Assembly (NCBI RefSeq): GCF_000143415.4
Contig: NW_003314304.1
Location: 440,169-504,168 of the forward strand
From: Selaginella moellendorffii
Lineage: Eukaryota; Plantae; Lycopodiophyta
Reading direction: 5' to 3'
Length of the DNA: 64,000 nt
In this document: positions 23,752 to 35,595 of the stretch, one piece after another
How positions within the stretch are numbered: position 1 is the first letter of the stretch
How the letters are laid out: each line of letters begins with the position of its first letter
Made by a program: the position numbers and the translations under genes
Notes under the pieces: model-generated
Database searches by the model: none
What the model was told of the DNA's origin: nothing
The model's input: only the letters and a program-made list of their open reading frames with translations

Positions 23752-24969
23752 ATGCACATTGCGGATGACAAGATCCCCGGTAAGTGCTGCCTGAGGAAGA
23801 AGACCGTGAACTTCGTCGGGCTGTGATTGGGAGGAGGTTTTGCATGGGCCTGTGGTGGGTGAAGCCTCGAAATGTCACCACCTGGAGTAAGTTTTCTTTG
23901 AAGTATTACGATGTGGGGAGGTGGAAGAGGAAACTTCAGATGGAGAAGAGGACCTTCTTCACCATTTGTGGCATGCTGGAGAGCGAGATCCGGAAGCAAG
24001 ATACCGGTTGGAGGAGTGCGGTGCCGGTGGATGTTCGACTGGGGGTGACTTTGTACAAGCTTTTCAAGAACACATTACTTGGATCTGGCAGACAAGTTTG
24101 GCATCGGTGAGTCCATAGCTCATGAGATTGTCATGGACACTACTGCGGCAATTGTCAAGTGTCTCAGGTACAAGATTCATTTTCCTTCAACCGCCAAGGA
24201 GGTTCGTGCTGTTGCTGCTGGCTTTCGACAAGTGACAGGTACATTTTCTTATGTTTTTTGGATTGTTATAAGTTTTGACGACCAATAGGAACCCGACTGC
24301 CTAATGTTGCTGGGGCGATCGACTGTACTCCGAGATCATCCGACCTACTAGACTGGACGGCGAGAGCTACTACGACCGGAAGCAGCGGTACTCGGTCACC
24401 TTGCAAGGGGTTTGTGATGCCCAGAAGAGGTTCCTCAGTGTCTACGCTGGGTAGCCAGGTATGTTTCTTTGTGTGTTGTGGATGGTTCTAAAATGTTCTT
24501 TTTGCTTTCAGGACGCGTCCACGACATGAGGGTTTTTCGTAATTCAACCCTCAGGAACAAGATTGTAGCAAGGGAGCTGCTGACATTGCCTGCGGTGTTA
24601 GCATATGATGATAGGATCAAGCCATACCTAGTGGGGGACAAAGGGTACAAACTCCAGCAGCATCAGATGATTCCACACACAAGTAAGTCTTCTTCATTCT
24701 ACTTTCTTTTGTTCACTTGTTTTGGTTGTTGCTCAGCTCCGAACCCGACACCATCCAAGGCAGCTTTCAACCTTCATCACCACCTTGCTCGGATTGTTAT
24801 TGAGCAAGCATTTGGACTTCTTAAAATGAAGTTCAGATGCTTGGATCAAAAACAAAGGATCCAGCCAAAGTACCTTCCCAACATCATCAAGAGTTGTTGC
24901 ATCTTGCACAATTTCTTGATTGATGTTGGGGAGACTGATCTTCGGGCCAAGCTTGGAGGAAAGAGGTGA
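23752..24969 (+). pseudogene. PIF/Harbinger DDE transposase (HARBI1/ALP1-like, DDE_Tnp_4), disrupted
   Basis: FFTICGML..VPVDVRLGVTLY, DLADKFGIGES, LPNVAGAIDCT, YYDRKQRYSVTLQGVCD, GRVHDMRVFRNS, YLVGDKGY, ARIVIEQAFGLLKMKFRCL, CCILHNFL. Frameshifts near 24075 and 24330, in-frame TAG near 24452, short introns. No TIRs identified. Confidence 0.88.
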
Positions 24970-26198
24970 AAAGGCTCAAGGATCAGGACCTCTTTGTCGA
25001 TTATGGTGATCCCGAGCAAGCGGAAGGGGAGCCTCGTGAGGAGTTGCACAGTCCAGAGGATGTGAAAGAGGTTAGAGAGAACCTCACGTTTTCCCTCTGT
25101 CTTTGCCAGTGGCGTTCGTGTTTGCTTTGAAATTTGCCGGGATATAATTCTAAACATTTGAATTTGAATTTGAAATTTCAAAATTTGAAATAAGTGAATT
25201 TTAAGTGTTCGAATGCATTGTTTTTAAGTGCGAATCCGAGGGTGTTTTGCCACTTAAATCTAAAGAGTCATGGTTGGTGATAGTGTTTTAGTCTCGGGAA
25301 TAGATTGGACAGACAAACGTGGGATGATTGAAGATGGGAGACTTCGGATCCACCAGTTGGCGCTGTTCTCACTCAATAGGCCGCGCTTGGATCCTGTGAT
25401 ACTGTGGAATACCTCTAGCAGTGGTGCTCAACAAAGTGGATCTTGTTACTCAGGATTATTTCTCTTTTGCAAAGCAGTTCGCAGATATTCTTGTGGAAGT
25501 CCTAAAAAGAATCCTCTAGTGTGAACTTGGTGACGGCAGAGGACTTAGCAGCAATGGCGACAAAGGTGGCGGTGGAGTTGGCGGCGTAAATGATAGTGGA
25601 GGAGAAGATGGTGGCGGTGACGAACTTATATCCTGTGAAAACTCCCGGGAGGAGCGATGGATGCTGCTCACGATTGTCTCCTCTAGCGAGCTTAGCGGCA
25701 AGGAGAGTGGCATGCCAGAAGAACGTTGTAGTTCTTCATCCACAGCGAGTGCAACGCACTGGAGAGATCACTGTCCGTGGAGATGAAAAGATGCGCTGGT
25801 GGCGGATGATCGACAGTCCACAGCACCAAAACCAGCATGGGAGTTCGATCGGAGGCCAAATTCTTGCGAGCTGGAAGAGAAACAAAAATCACAACGATTG
25901 ATCCACGAAAATCCAGCAAATCGAAAACTTACACGATGGCAAATTGTGGAGAGAAATCCCGCCATGTATCGCCAAAAGCGTCGATCGACACTGGACCCTT
26001 GAATCCTCTGGTTCACAGCCCAGCAGTCCCCACATTCGTCGCAGGAATCCCAGCTGGGATGTCGCAGTCCTCGAAATCCCACCACACCGCCACTCTCACC
26101 GCTCGGAGCCCCGCATCACATCCACTGCCATACAATCTTCATCCTCGACCAGCGCTGGACATTGATAGCATTGCTTAAACCCTGGATGGAAGCTTTAC

Positions 26199-27854
26199 AT
26201 GGTTGCCAAGAACATCTTTCCCCGGGATGATCACTTGGAATCATACGCTCGTCTCGTCAGGTGCTGTGGCAACGCGAAATATCTGAGCGATGCTCGCAAG
26301 ATCCACGCTTTGATCGAAGGAACCCATTACAAGAACAACATCTACATTGCGAATCTCCTCGTCCAAATGTATGGCAAATGCGGGAGCTCTGGCGATGCAC
26401 GCAGCGTGTTTGATTCCATTCTCACCCCCAACTCCTTTTCATGGACAATCCTGCTCCAAGCCCACATTCACAACCAGCAGCTCCACGAGGCCAAGCGCCT
26501 TTTCGATTCCATGCCCGGGAAGAATGTAGTGACTTGGAATGCGCTTCTTTCGGCAAATGCCAAAATCGGGCAAATTGATGAAGCGAGGCTTGTTTTCGAT
26601 CGAATTCCAGAGTGGGACGTTGTTTGCATGAATGCTATTGTCACTGGGTTTGCGAAATCTGGAATGATCAGCCAGGCTAGAAACCAATTTGAAAACATGC
26701 CTGAGAGAGACTCTGTGTCGTGGAATGTGATTATTTCGGCATATGCTCAAGCTGGAGATTTTCTTGAAGCAAAGAAGCTGTTTGATAGAATGGAACGAGA
26801 TCATGATTCTCACAAAAGACTGAGCAATCCAGTCCTATGGAACTCTATGATCGTTGCGCATGCCCAGTGCGGAGATCTTGATGGAGCACGAAAGTTCTTT
26901 GCGAGGATGACGCAGAGAGATTGCGTGTCGTGGGCAACACTTATCAACTCCTTTGCGCAGCATGGCTGCACTAATTTAGCAAGAGACACATATGAGAGAA
27001 TGCCACAGCACGATGTTATAGCATGGACTGGAATGCTCCGAGCAAACTCCCAGTGCGGTGAAATCGATCAAGTACACAATCTCTTTGATTCAATGCCTCA
27101 AAGAAACCTAGTGTCGTGGACAGTTTTCCTAGCAACACTTTGCAATCAAGATAATCTTGCAAAAGCTAGAAGAGTGTTTGATCTGATGCCCCAGAGAGAC
27201 AGCGTTCCTTGGAATGTTATGATCACTGCATATGCCCAACGAGGGCATGTAAACGAAGCAAAGTGCTTTTTTGACAGTATAGAAGTTCCAAACGTTATCA
27301 CATGGAATTGCATGATCGGAGCGTATGGGCAAAATGGACACTTAGACGATGCTTGGGCATTGTTTAAACGCTGTTCACAGCCAAACATAGTGACCTGGAA
27401 CGTTCTTATCGTGTCGTTTGCCCAGAATCTACATTGTGCTGAGTCCATTCAGCTCTTTAAAGTCTTAAATCTGGAAGGATTCAAGCCAGACGAGCTGAGT
27501 TTCATGGGCCTTTTGATCGCTTGCTGCCACCTTGGGCTGGTAATTGCTGCTAGAGACACCTTGGCTTCAATGGTTTTTGACTACGATATAAGCCCTGAGC
27601 GAGATCACTACTGCTGCTTGATCGGTGTTCTTGCGGGAGCTGGGCTCTTGGATGATGCTGAGGATCTCATCAACACAATGCCATTTGTTCCAGATGTTTC
27701 CAACTGGGGATGCTTCGTGAGTGCCTGTAAGATCCACTCTGTTGGAGTGGATAGGAGTGTTGGTGCTGCTTGCAATGCCATCGCGATGGATCCTAAAAAC
27801 TCAGCGCCATACGTGGATTTTGCGACAATTTTTACTGATGAGTGGTTAAACTAG
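26199..27854 (+). CDS. PLS-class PPR protein (SS-rich, E-type end, no DYW), copy 1, intact, 551 aa
   Basis: Uninterrupted ORF of 31-aa S/SS motifs, then P2-L2-S2 (KPDELSFMGLLIACCHLG, HYCCLIGVLAGAG) and an E region. Confidence 0.9.
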   Translation: MVAKNIFPRDDHLESYARLVRCCGNAKYLSDARKIHALIEGTHYKNNIYIANLLVQMYGKCGSSGDARSVFDSILTPNSFSWTILLQAHIHNQQLHEAKRLFDSMPGKNVVTWNALLSANAKIGQIDEARLVFDRIPEWDVVCMNAIVTGFAKSGMISQARNQFENMPERDSVSWNVIISAYAQAGDFLEAKKLFDRMERDHDSHKRLSNPVLWNSMIVAHAQCGDLDGARKFFARMTQRDCVSWATLINSFAQHGCTNLARDTYERMPQHDVIAWTGMLRANSQCGEIDQVHNLFDSMPQRNLVSWTVFLATLCNQDNLAKARRVFDLMPQRDSVPWNVMITAYAQRGHVNEAKCFFDSIEVPNVITWNCMIGAYGQNGHLDDAWALFKRCSQPNIVTWNVLIVSFAQNLHCAESIQLFKVLNLEGFKPDELSFMGLLIACCHLGLVIAARDTLASMVFDYDISPERDHYCCLIGVLAGAGLLDDAEDLINTMPFVPDVSNWGCFVSACKIHSVGVDRSVGAACNAIAMDPKNSAPYVDFATIFTDEWLN

Positions 27855-28179
27855 CATTTTGGTATATTTAAATTTTTTGTGAAGCTTTATCTAACTCTCT
27901 CGAAAGTTGTTATACCAGAATATTTTACTGCTCCTGTAGTGTTGGAGCTCTGTTTCAAGGAATTCTTTACCTGCTCCAAATACTTCAAAACCACTTTTAA
28001 AACGAGCTCTTTTATAGTTAATTAAATCATTAATGGTTTAAGGTTTTTTCAAGAGCAGAAGAAATGAGGTGTTATTTGATTGCCCAAATAGATTCTATAT
28101 GATTTTGAAATTGTGTATTAATAGTAGAATTTCAAGTTGGGGGAGGGTGCTGCAGCAAATGGATATTGCTAGTCCACAC

Positions 28180-28720
28180 AACAGTGAAGGCAAGATCCAG
28201 AACAACATTGTTATATCGCCCCCTAGTGCAAACTAAACCAGTTAGGAAGCGATAGTGGTGGATAGTGTGGTAGTACCAGTTGTTGTCTTCCAAGTCATAA
28301 ACCATCTTCGTTGTGCAGCTGATTCATGCAGAAGTAGCATGCACCTGTGGAGATGAAGAACCTATCACCACTCGGCGGTTGGACACCATGGCAGTACATT
28401 GGATGTGAATCAAGCTCCTACCACTCTGATCCTGGTCCTCGTCCCAAACCAAGAGTTTGATTATGTCATCTTTATAATCCTATACAACCTGCCCTTGTAC
28501 CAGTGGAAGCAAACCAACATCTGGAGTACTGTTGGAATTGGAATGGCTTTGCACAAATTGAGCCTTACATTGTATCTTTTCTGCATCATATACGTCTTGC
28601 TGAAATCCTGACAAGCTGGGGGTCATGGTCCTTGTTAGGAAGTGGTTGCCATGAATTTGTGAGGGAGAAGTAGACCTTCCGCTTGCAAACCACATAGAGA
28701 GCTAATCCATAATAAATTCC
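28180..28720 (-). pseudogene. Possible F-box/kelch-associated gene remnant (homologous copies ~37620-38140 and ~47630-48180)
   Basis: Fragments KVYFSLTNSWQPLP, HWYKGRLY, IKLLVWDED and MVYDLEDNNWY in shifting frames. Confidence 0.3.
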
Positions 28721-29811
28721 TGAGCTAAAATAAGACGTGAGACAAGTGATCCATATGGCTTGTTCCCCGTCGCAAGGACTCCAAACAAGGACGTGATCCT
28801 CTTCACCTCAAGTATACAATAAAGAAAAAATTAAGTTCATACTTTTAGTTACCAGGAAAGCATGACAAACCCATCTTTAGCTGTGTGGCATGTTAAAGCA
28901 AGAGTTAAGACCCAACTATTCTGGGCACTTAGATACCTGTGTATGCACGAACATCTCTATAGGAGACTGTTTTCAACTTGAAGGATGAGAACACCCCCTA
29001 TACTCTGAACCGGAAAAAAAATCTCTTTCTCTGTTCACAAAACTTGTGACCTTTTCCTTGAGACCACCCATTGTCCTTCTTCATATCCATGAGTTGCAAG
29101 GCCATGCCAAGGATATTTCTTTGCTCATCACCTGGTCAGCAGTAATTTCTGTACCTCTTGTAGAATTTCTGCTACCTTAATTTATTAGGTTGAATTATAA
29201 CTTACATTATAAACTACTACAGAGATGGACTTCTTTGGCAAATAGCCTTAAATAGCCTTTAGGGCTGATCTTGGTTGAGTTGTGAGGTCCTTTTAGACTT
29301 TTGAAAGAAAATTGAAACTTTAACTTTATAACCATCTTGTGTTATTTAAGGTGTGAAGAGTTATAAGTCATTTTTAGACTGTGCTTTCAATGTGAGAGTC
29401 TAACACTTTTTTTTATTATTGATTTTTTTTTTAGGATTCAAACATACTAGATTACCTAACAAAATACTCAAAGCTCTCAAAGCATAGGCAAACTTATTAT
29501 TGAGCATTTAGCTGACAGCTATTTGATACAAAATTAAAAGAAGAGCATAATTATTTCATTGGTTATATGATTGGCTTAGTTGTAGATTGATTTTTCTTTA
29601 CTTTAAAGAAAAAGGAATTTTAGGATTGTGGTAGTAATGAAAGTATATTTCTCTGAACAACTAATTTTGAGGATTGTATTTATTAGTTATGATAAAAGTG
29701 AGAGACTAATAAGGACAAAAAAGTTTTTAGTTTCCTTACACATACACCACTTTAACTATTGAATTAACTTTTGATCCTGTTTAGTATATAACAGTATATA
29801 TAGTACTGCTC

Positions 29812-29816
<5 letters not shown>

Positions 29817-29864
<48 letters not shown>
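29817..29864. repeat. (TA)n microsatellite
   Basis: About 24 TA units. A shorter homologue lies at ~49193-49217; unit 2 has none. Confidence 0.95.
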
Positions 29865-29867
<3 letters not shown>

Positions 29868-31439
29868 TACTGTCTAGTATATAATTTTTAGTCTTTTAAT
29901 TAAAAAGGAAGAAAAATATACTATAACTTTATAATGTCTATATTTGATGGTCACATAACTCAATTTTATTTTGCATTTGAATACCTTAAGGAGCCCACAT
30001 AAATGAATTTCATCATAGTTTTATTCTAGAACCTGATATATATAGTAATCTTGAGAATTGCAATAAATCACATATTCTCAAGGTCATTAGTGTATATGTA
30101 AAATTCATAACTCTAATAAATTAATAAATTTATTTCTTTAATAAATTTAAAATATTTAATTAAAATTTTAAGGTATTATTATTATATATTTTACAAAATA
30201 GAAAAAGAACCTCAAAGATATGATACAAGTATAATATATATAATCTATATAAGCTGGAAATTTAAATGAGCTCTTTAAAATATCAATAGTAGGAACTTAA
30301 TAAATAAAAAACATTTTGTTTAAAATAACTTTTACAATTTTTAATAAATAGGTAAGAATTGCTGATGGAACCAATTTAAACAGCTAAAAACCTCTAAAAG
30401 AATGATGATAATCATAAAATGATTAGTGCACTAAGTTAAAGCAATGCAATTAATCAAAACATTAGGTCAGAGCATCATAATAGGTTGAGATATACTAAAG
30501 GCAGTAAATTGTAATAAATTTTAAATAAAGATCTTTCCCATTTTTTATTCTTTAGAAAGTTAAGATTTTAAAAAAATGAAATTTCCCATTTTTTATTCTT
30601 TAGAAAGTTAAGGTTTTAAAAAAATTGAAAAATAAAATACATATATATTATATGAAATTTACATAGAAATTAGCATGTCTTAATACTAAAAGAATCACTT
30701 ATGTTTAAGAAAAATAATAAAATTATTAGAATGATATTTTAGAAAAAATATTTAATTTCTTTATTTTATATGGGTGGTAGTGGATAAACCTAGAATATGG
30801 TTGGATATTCTGGGATATTTTACCATCTAACACTTAGTATTTCTTTAAATTAATCTTTTACTTCTAAACATATTTATAATTTATAAACACTTCCTAGTAT
30901 ATTCTACTTTATTCTACCATTGAAAGTTGTAATAAAATTAGAATTAAATTTAAGATTAATTTTAAGTAACTGTCTTAATTAATAGTGTTTAAAGCTATAT
31001 ATAAGGTAATTATTGATTATATTATAATTAAAAATTGATAAATAAACAAGCAAGTTGCTTGTATCTTGTACCTGAATAGCTTAAGGTACACAAGCTTTCA
31101 TTCATTTTTGGTTTGAAAGTTCTAGAGTTTTTGTAACTTTCCTACAGCAAGCTATAATACAAGCTCCAAATAAGAAACTCTTACTTGAGGATTCTTTACA
31201 TCCGGATCTGGTCTGCATCATGGAAAGCCATCAATTTACTCTGGAACTTCCCTCACACCTGTGCTGCTCAAATCCAGGCATCCAAGTTGGAGCCATCAAG
31301 TCGGCTCTTGGTACCAAAGACTATTCAACACTAGCTCTGGGGAGTTATGCATATTGGCAAGCTTAAGTAAGCTTACTTCCATGTTAAAATCTCAATGTTT
31401 CATCTAACACAAACCTCTAAGTGTTTGGCCCGCATCCAA

Positions 31440-31690
31440 GAGCATAACGAGCGGACAAGGAAGAATCAAGTAGCAAATTAGTGACGGCTCCATCATAGTC
31501 AAAAACCATTGAAGCAAAGGATTCTTTGCCCAAGGTGGGGATGAAGAGGACTAACTTAGTATATAAGATCAGGCGTTGGCATAGACCTCTCGTCTCTCCT
31601 CCTCCTCCTGCATCACCACACTCATTGAGTTACAGATCAACCGAAATGCTCAGAGCAAACCCCAGTGCAGTGAAATTAATCAATCGAAAG
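31440..31690 (-). pseudogene. Degraded PPR C-terminal remnant (copies ~42303-42600 and ~50640-50930)
   Basis: LGKESFASMVFDYD resembles ARDTLASMVFDYD in the L2 motif of the neighbouring PPR. Confidence 0.4.
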
Positions 31691-31886
31691 CTCTTTTATT
31701 CAACACCTCGATAAGATCCACTTTGAGACCAGGGGGAGTTAAACGAATGTTTTGTAGAAAGTTTGGGTACTGCATTATTATGCCGAAAGAGGGCATCTTG
31801 GAAATGAAAGGGATTGAAGCTACTGTTTTGCCGCCAAATCTTGTGACCTGGAGCATTCTTATCATGTCGACTGCCATCTCTTCAAC

Positions 31887-34698
31887 TCAGTTCAAGCCAA
31901 GAATGAAAACACTTCTGACCGAGTGCTTCTCACTCTTCCATGTCAGTGTTCCATAGCCCCATAGCGCCGTTTGTGGGAACTTGGATGAATCAACTGTGAA
32001 CTGGATCTGGAAACTTAGAACCTGGAACACGGATTTAAACCTGAGCTGTGGAGGAAACACCGCGACAGTCACTCCCGCCGGAGCTTCTACTGAAATGTTG
32101 TAGACCGACTTGCCAGCTCCAACGTTGGTAACTTTCCTGTTCACCACCGCTTTGGTGGAATTTGGCCCGCCAAACTGAGCGATGGGAACCGCGATGGATG
32201 GATAGTTCAAGTCCAAGTAGGAGTCCAGGGGTGCACAAGATAAGTTCTTTCCAGTCATGAGCTCCAGCTGATCCCTTGTGTAGTTCATCGTGCATAGAAA
32301 CTTCGTGTATTCATCCGGAGATATGTCGTAGACCAGGCCAGGACTAAGCGCTGCGACTGGATCAATCTGTCCGGCTCCCATCACAAATGGTGAAGCTTCT
32401 TCCCCATTGTGGTCTTTGATTGGGCTCTTTGTGTTGTCCAGGAAGCGTGCTACAAACACCAAACAAACGATCAAAGAGGGAAAACTTTTTTTTTTTTGTT
32501 CTCTTTGGTACCTGTTGTCATGAGAGCCGACTTGATGGCTGCTGGACTCCAACTCGGGTGCCTGGATTTGACAAAGGCTGCGGCAGCACTGGCGTGAGGA
32601 CATGACATGGAAGTTCCAGAGATTATGTTGAAGTCGGTGTACATTGGCTTGCCATAACTGTTGATGGGCTGCTCAGGACTCCATGCAGCCAGTATGTCCA
32701 CACCAGGAGCAACGAGATCGGGCTGTAAAGATAAGACTCCCAGTTTATATTAGTAAAACTCTCCTCCAGATACCTTAAGAATGCCATCGGTAATACCAGG
32801 TCCCCTCGATGAGAAATCCGCAATGATTGGGGCTGGAGTGGTTTGTATGATCGTATGTGCTGGAGAGATGGTCGCTGTAGTATTCCTTGAGAAAAGTTTA
32901 AAAACCGTCAAGAAGTCTCAAACCAAAAATGCATGAAAGCTTGTGTACCTCGAGTTCTTCAGGTAGGCATTAATCTCGTCCAAGGCGCTCCCAGTGACAG
33001 CAGCTCCAGCAAGATCAAGGAAGGACGCTGCCTCTGTCGTATTATGAATCCCCAAAATTACTCCCGAGGCACCAAGTTCTTTAAGATGTCGCTGGATGAC
33101 CGAGGATGATGCAACGCCCCGACTATATTTGCACAAGACAATCTTTCCCTTGACCTTCTTCCCATCCAAAAAGCGTCCTGCACATAGTCTTAATGCCAAG
33201 TATGTTTTAGTGATAAGCTTTCATTCAGCTGAAACAGTGTTAATTTATCACCTGGCCTGTCCTATTCGATCAGATCTAGAAGAAGCATCACCACCCAAAA
33301 TAAGCGTTGATATATCAGTCCGCCTGGGATTCATTGCTATTCCCTGTTATATATACATGAGAAAGGAAAAATTCACCAAAAACAATCAAGTACCTGGATG
33401 GTTTTAGAGTTTCCAAGTTTGATGTCGACCGAGAACTTCCTGTCGATAGTGCTTGCTCCCACTGTCAAAATCCATGGAGCCGAGTTCTCGATGGTTTGGA
33501 AGCCTGGACCTCCATTTCCAGCAGAACATGATACAAAAATTCCCTTCTGCATTGCATGGAAAGCACCAATGGATATGGAATCCCCGTCATATCCGGTGGT
33601 ATCTTCACCCAGCGATAACGAGAGAATATCTACACCGTCGTGAATTGCGTCGTCGAATGCTGCGAGAATGCTGTCAACCTCACATTCTGGCGTGCAAACC
33701 CTGTAGATCGCAAGCCTTGCGGATGGATGGCCCCCTCGAGCAACTCCTTTTCCAAGAGTTGTTAAAAAAGTGGCGTCTTTTACCAGGCTTCCAGCGATGG
33801 TGGAGGCCGTGTGAGTTCCATGCCCCTCTTCGTCCCGAGCGTTTTGATAACGGCTCCCCACGTCCGAGTGTCCATAAGATCGAGCTCCTACAATTTTCCT
33901 GAAACAAATCACAATGCTTGAGAGATGAACCCAAGAGTGATCTTACTTGTTGCAGTGGATCGTGTGTGAATGATTGGTGACTTTGGAATTGTCACATACT
34001 CCTTTCCATCTCTTTGGCACCGGTCCCATCCCAGCGTCGTCGAAGCTCTTGGACTCCGGCCAAACACCTGGAAGTGGATAATTAACTCGGAAGTAAGCTT
34101 TTTCCATGATTACCAGTATCCAGGACTCCCACAATGACATCCGATCCAGAGCTAGAGTTGAGTTGAATGTGCGGACCACCAGAAAAGCTGTCGAGAAAAT
34201 CCCAGGAGCGTGTTGTGTGGAGACTGAGTTTTTTGGAACGGAAAACCTTAACCACGCCAGGAAGCTCTGATAAACCAACACATCAAAACTCGTGGCGAAA
34301 GCTTCAAAGAGAGGCATACTTGCAATGGAGTCGGCTTCGGCTTCAGTCAAGAAGGCGGAGAAGCCATTGAAACCGTGCTTGTAGCTGTGAACCAGCGACG
34401 ATTCCTTGCTAAACATCAAACACAGTGAGGAGAAAAGAAAAATTGTTGCAAGAGGATTGTTTCGTACCTCCCCTTGACAGAGGCAAGAATTTGGTGATGA
34501 GACGATGTCACAGCCTCCGGTTTAGAGCTCCCAGTGTGCCCCAAGTAGACAATGTATTTGCTAACAGGCTGCCAAAAACACCCAACTTCTTAGAAATCTA
34601 TCAAGCCGGAGAAAGGGAAAGATCACCTCGTTGGTTGCGGCAGCAGCAAGAACAGCAAGAGCAGCAAGAGAGAAAAAGACTCGTTCCATCCCAAGCAT
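31887..34698 (-). CDS. Subtilisin-like serine protease (S8A; I9-S8-PA-Fn3), copy 1, multi-exon
   Basis: Signal peptide [20 protein letters not shown]; prodomain [18 protein letters not shown]; LHTTRSWDF; catalytic triad LDTG / HGTHTAS / GTSMSCPH; oxyanion SAGN; LNYPSI; RKVTNVG. No lesion seen. Confidence 0.92.
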
Positions 34699-34953
34699 CG
34701 CTCCAGGGAAATCTTCTCCCCATGCGGCTCCATTTTAAAGGCTACAGCGCGGGCGGAAGCTCCAACCAGGCAAAGGCCACTCCGCCAGCCGATCAATAAG
34801 TCTCGTCCATTTCTATCGGATCTCGCATCATATCACCAAAATCCAAAGAAAGAACCTCGCACGCATCATTCCCGCCAAATAACTTAAACCACTAAACCCG
34901 AGCTAGGGCTTTGTTTTACCGCATTAAAACAAAGACTAGAGTTACAAAGAGTG

Positions 34954-35220
34954 TTAAATCACTCGCTCTCTCTCGCTAGCCTTCTTATAATGCAAAGTTT
35001 TTTGATGAGCAGCTTGATTAGGATGTACCCACTGTCCATAAGAAGAATTAGCAGCTGCGGTTCCACCACCACCACCACCACCACCGCCACCACCAGCGAC
35101 ACTACTAGCAGAAGGCGGTGGCGGAGGCCCTGGCGGTAGAGGTGGCCGCAAGACTGGAAATCCTCCGCCTGGATTCGACGAGCTATCCTCGACGATGGCT
35201 TACAAGAGCAGGGATTAAGC
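34954..35220 (-). other. Pro/Gly-rich coding-like fragment with (CCA)n tract (copies ~45889-46160 and ~54238-54520)
   Basis: ..EDSSSNPGGGFPVLRPPLPPGPPPPP..G(n)TAAANSSYGQWVHPNQ. No ATG; 3' ends differ between copies. Confidence 0.35.
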
Positions 35221-35595
35221 TTCTTTGCGAGTGGAAGCCGAGTCTACTGGAATCCCTCTAGCAGTGAAAGCGGATCTTGTTACTACAACGATTGATCCAC
35301 GAAAATCCAGCAAAGAGAAAAGGTCGAGAACTTACACGATGGCAAATGGTGGAGAGAAATCCCAGTGGAAGCCAACGCCTCCTGTGTGCTGCATGAAAGC
35401 TGCCATGTATCGCCATACGCGTCGATCGAGGAGACTGGACCCTTGAATCCTCTGGTTCACCCAGCGATGCCCACATTCCATCCCATCCACTGTCATCCTC
35501 GATCAGGGCTGGATCCTGCAAGCCCTGGCGCGGTGGTGCGCCAGAGATCCCCGAGACATTGATAGCATAGCTTAAACCCTGAATGGAAGCTTTAC

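Noticed and set aside
25270-25890. Pro/Ser-rich short ORFs upstream of PPR copy 1
   Set aside because: Low complexity with no recognisable domain or gene structure.
34425-34799. Gln-rich plus-strand ORF conserved in three units
   Set aside because: Antisense to the subtilase signal-peptide and prodomain exons; conservation follows from recent duplication.
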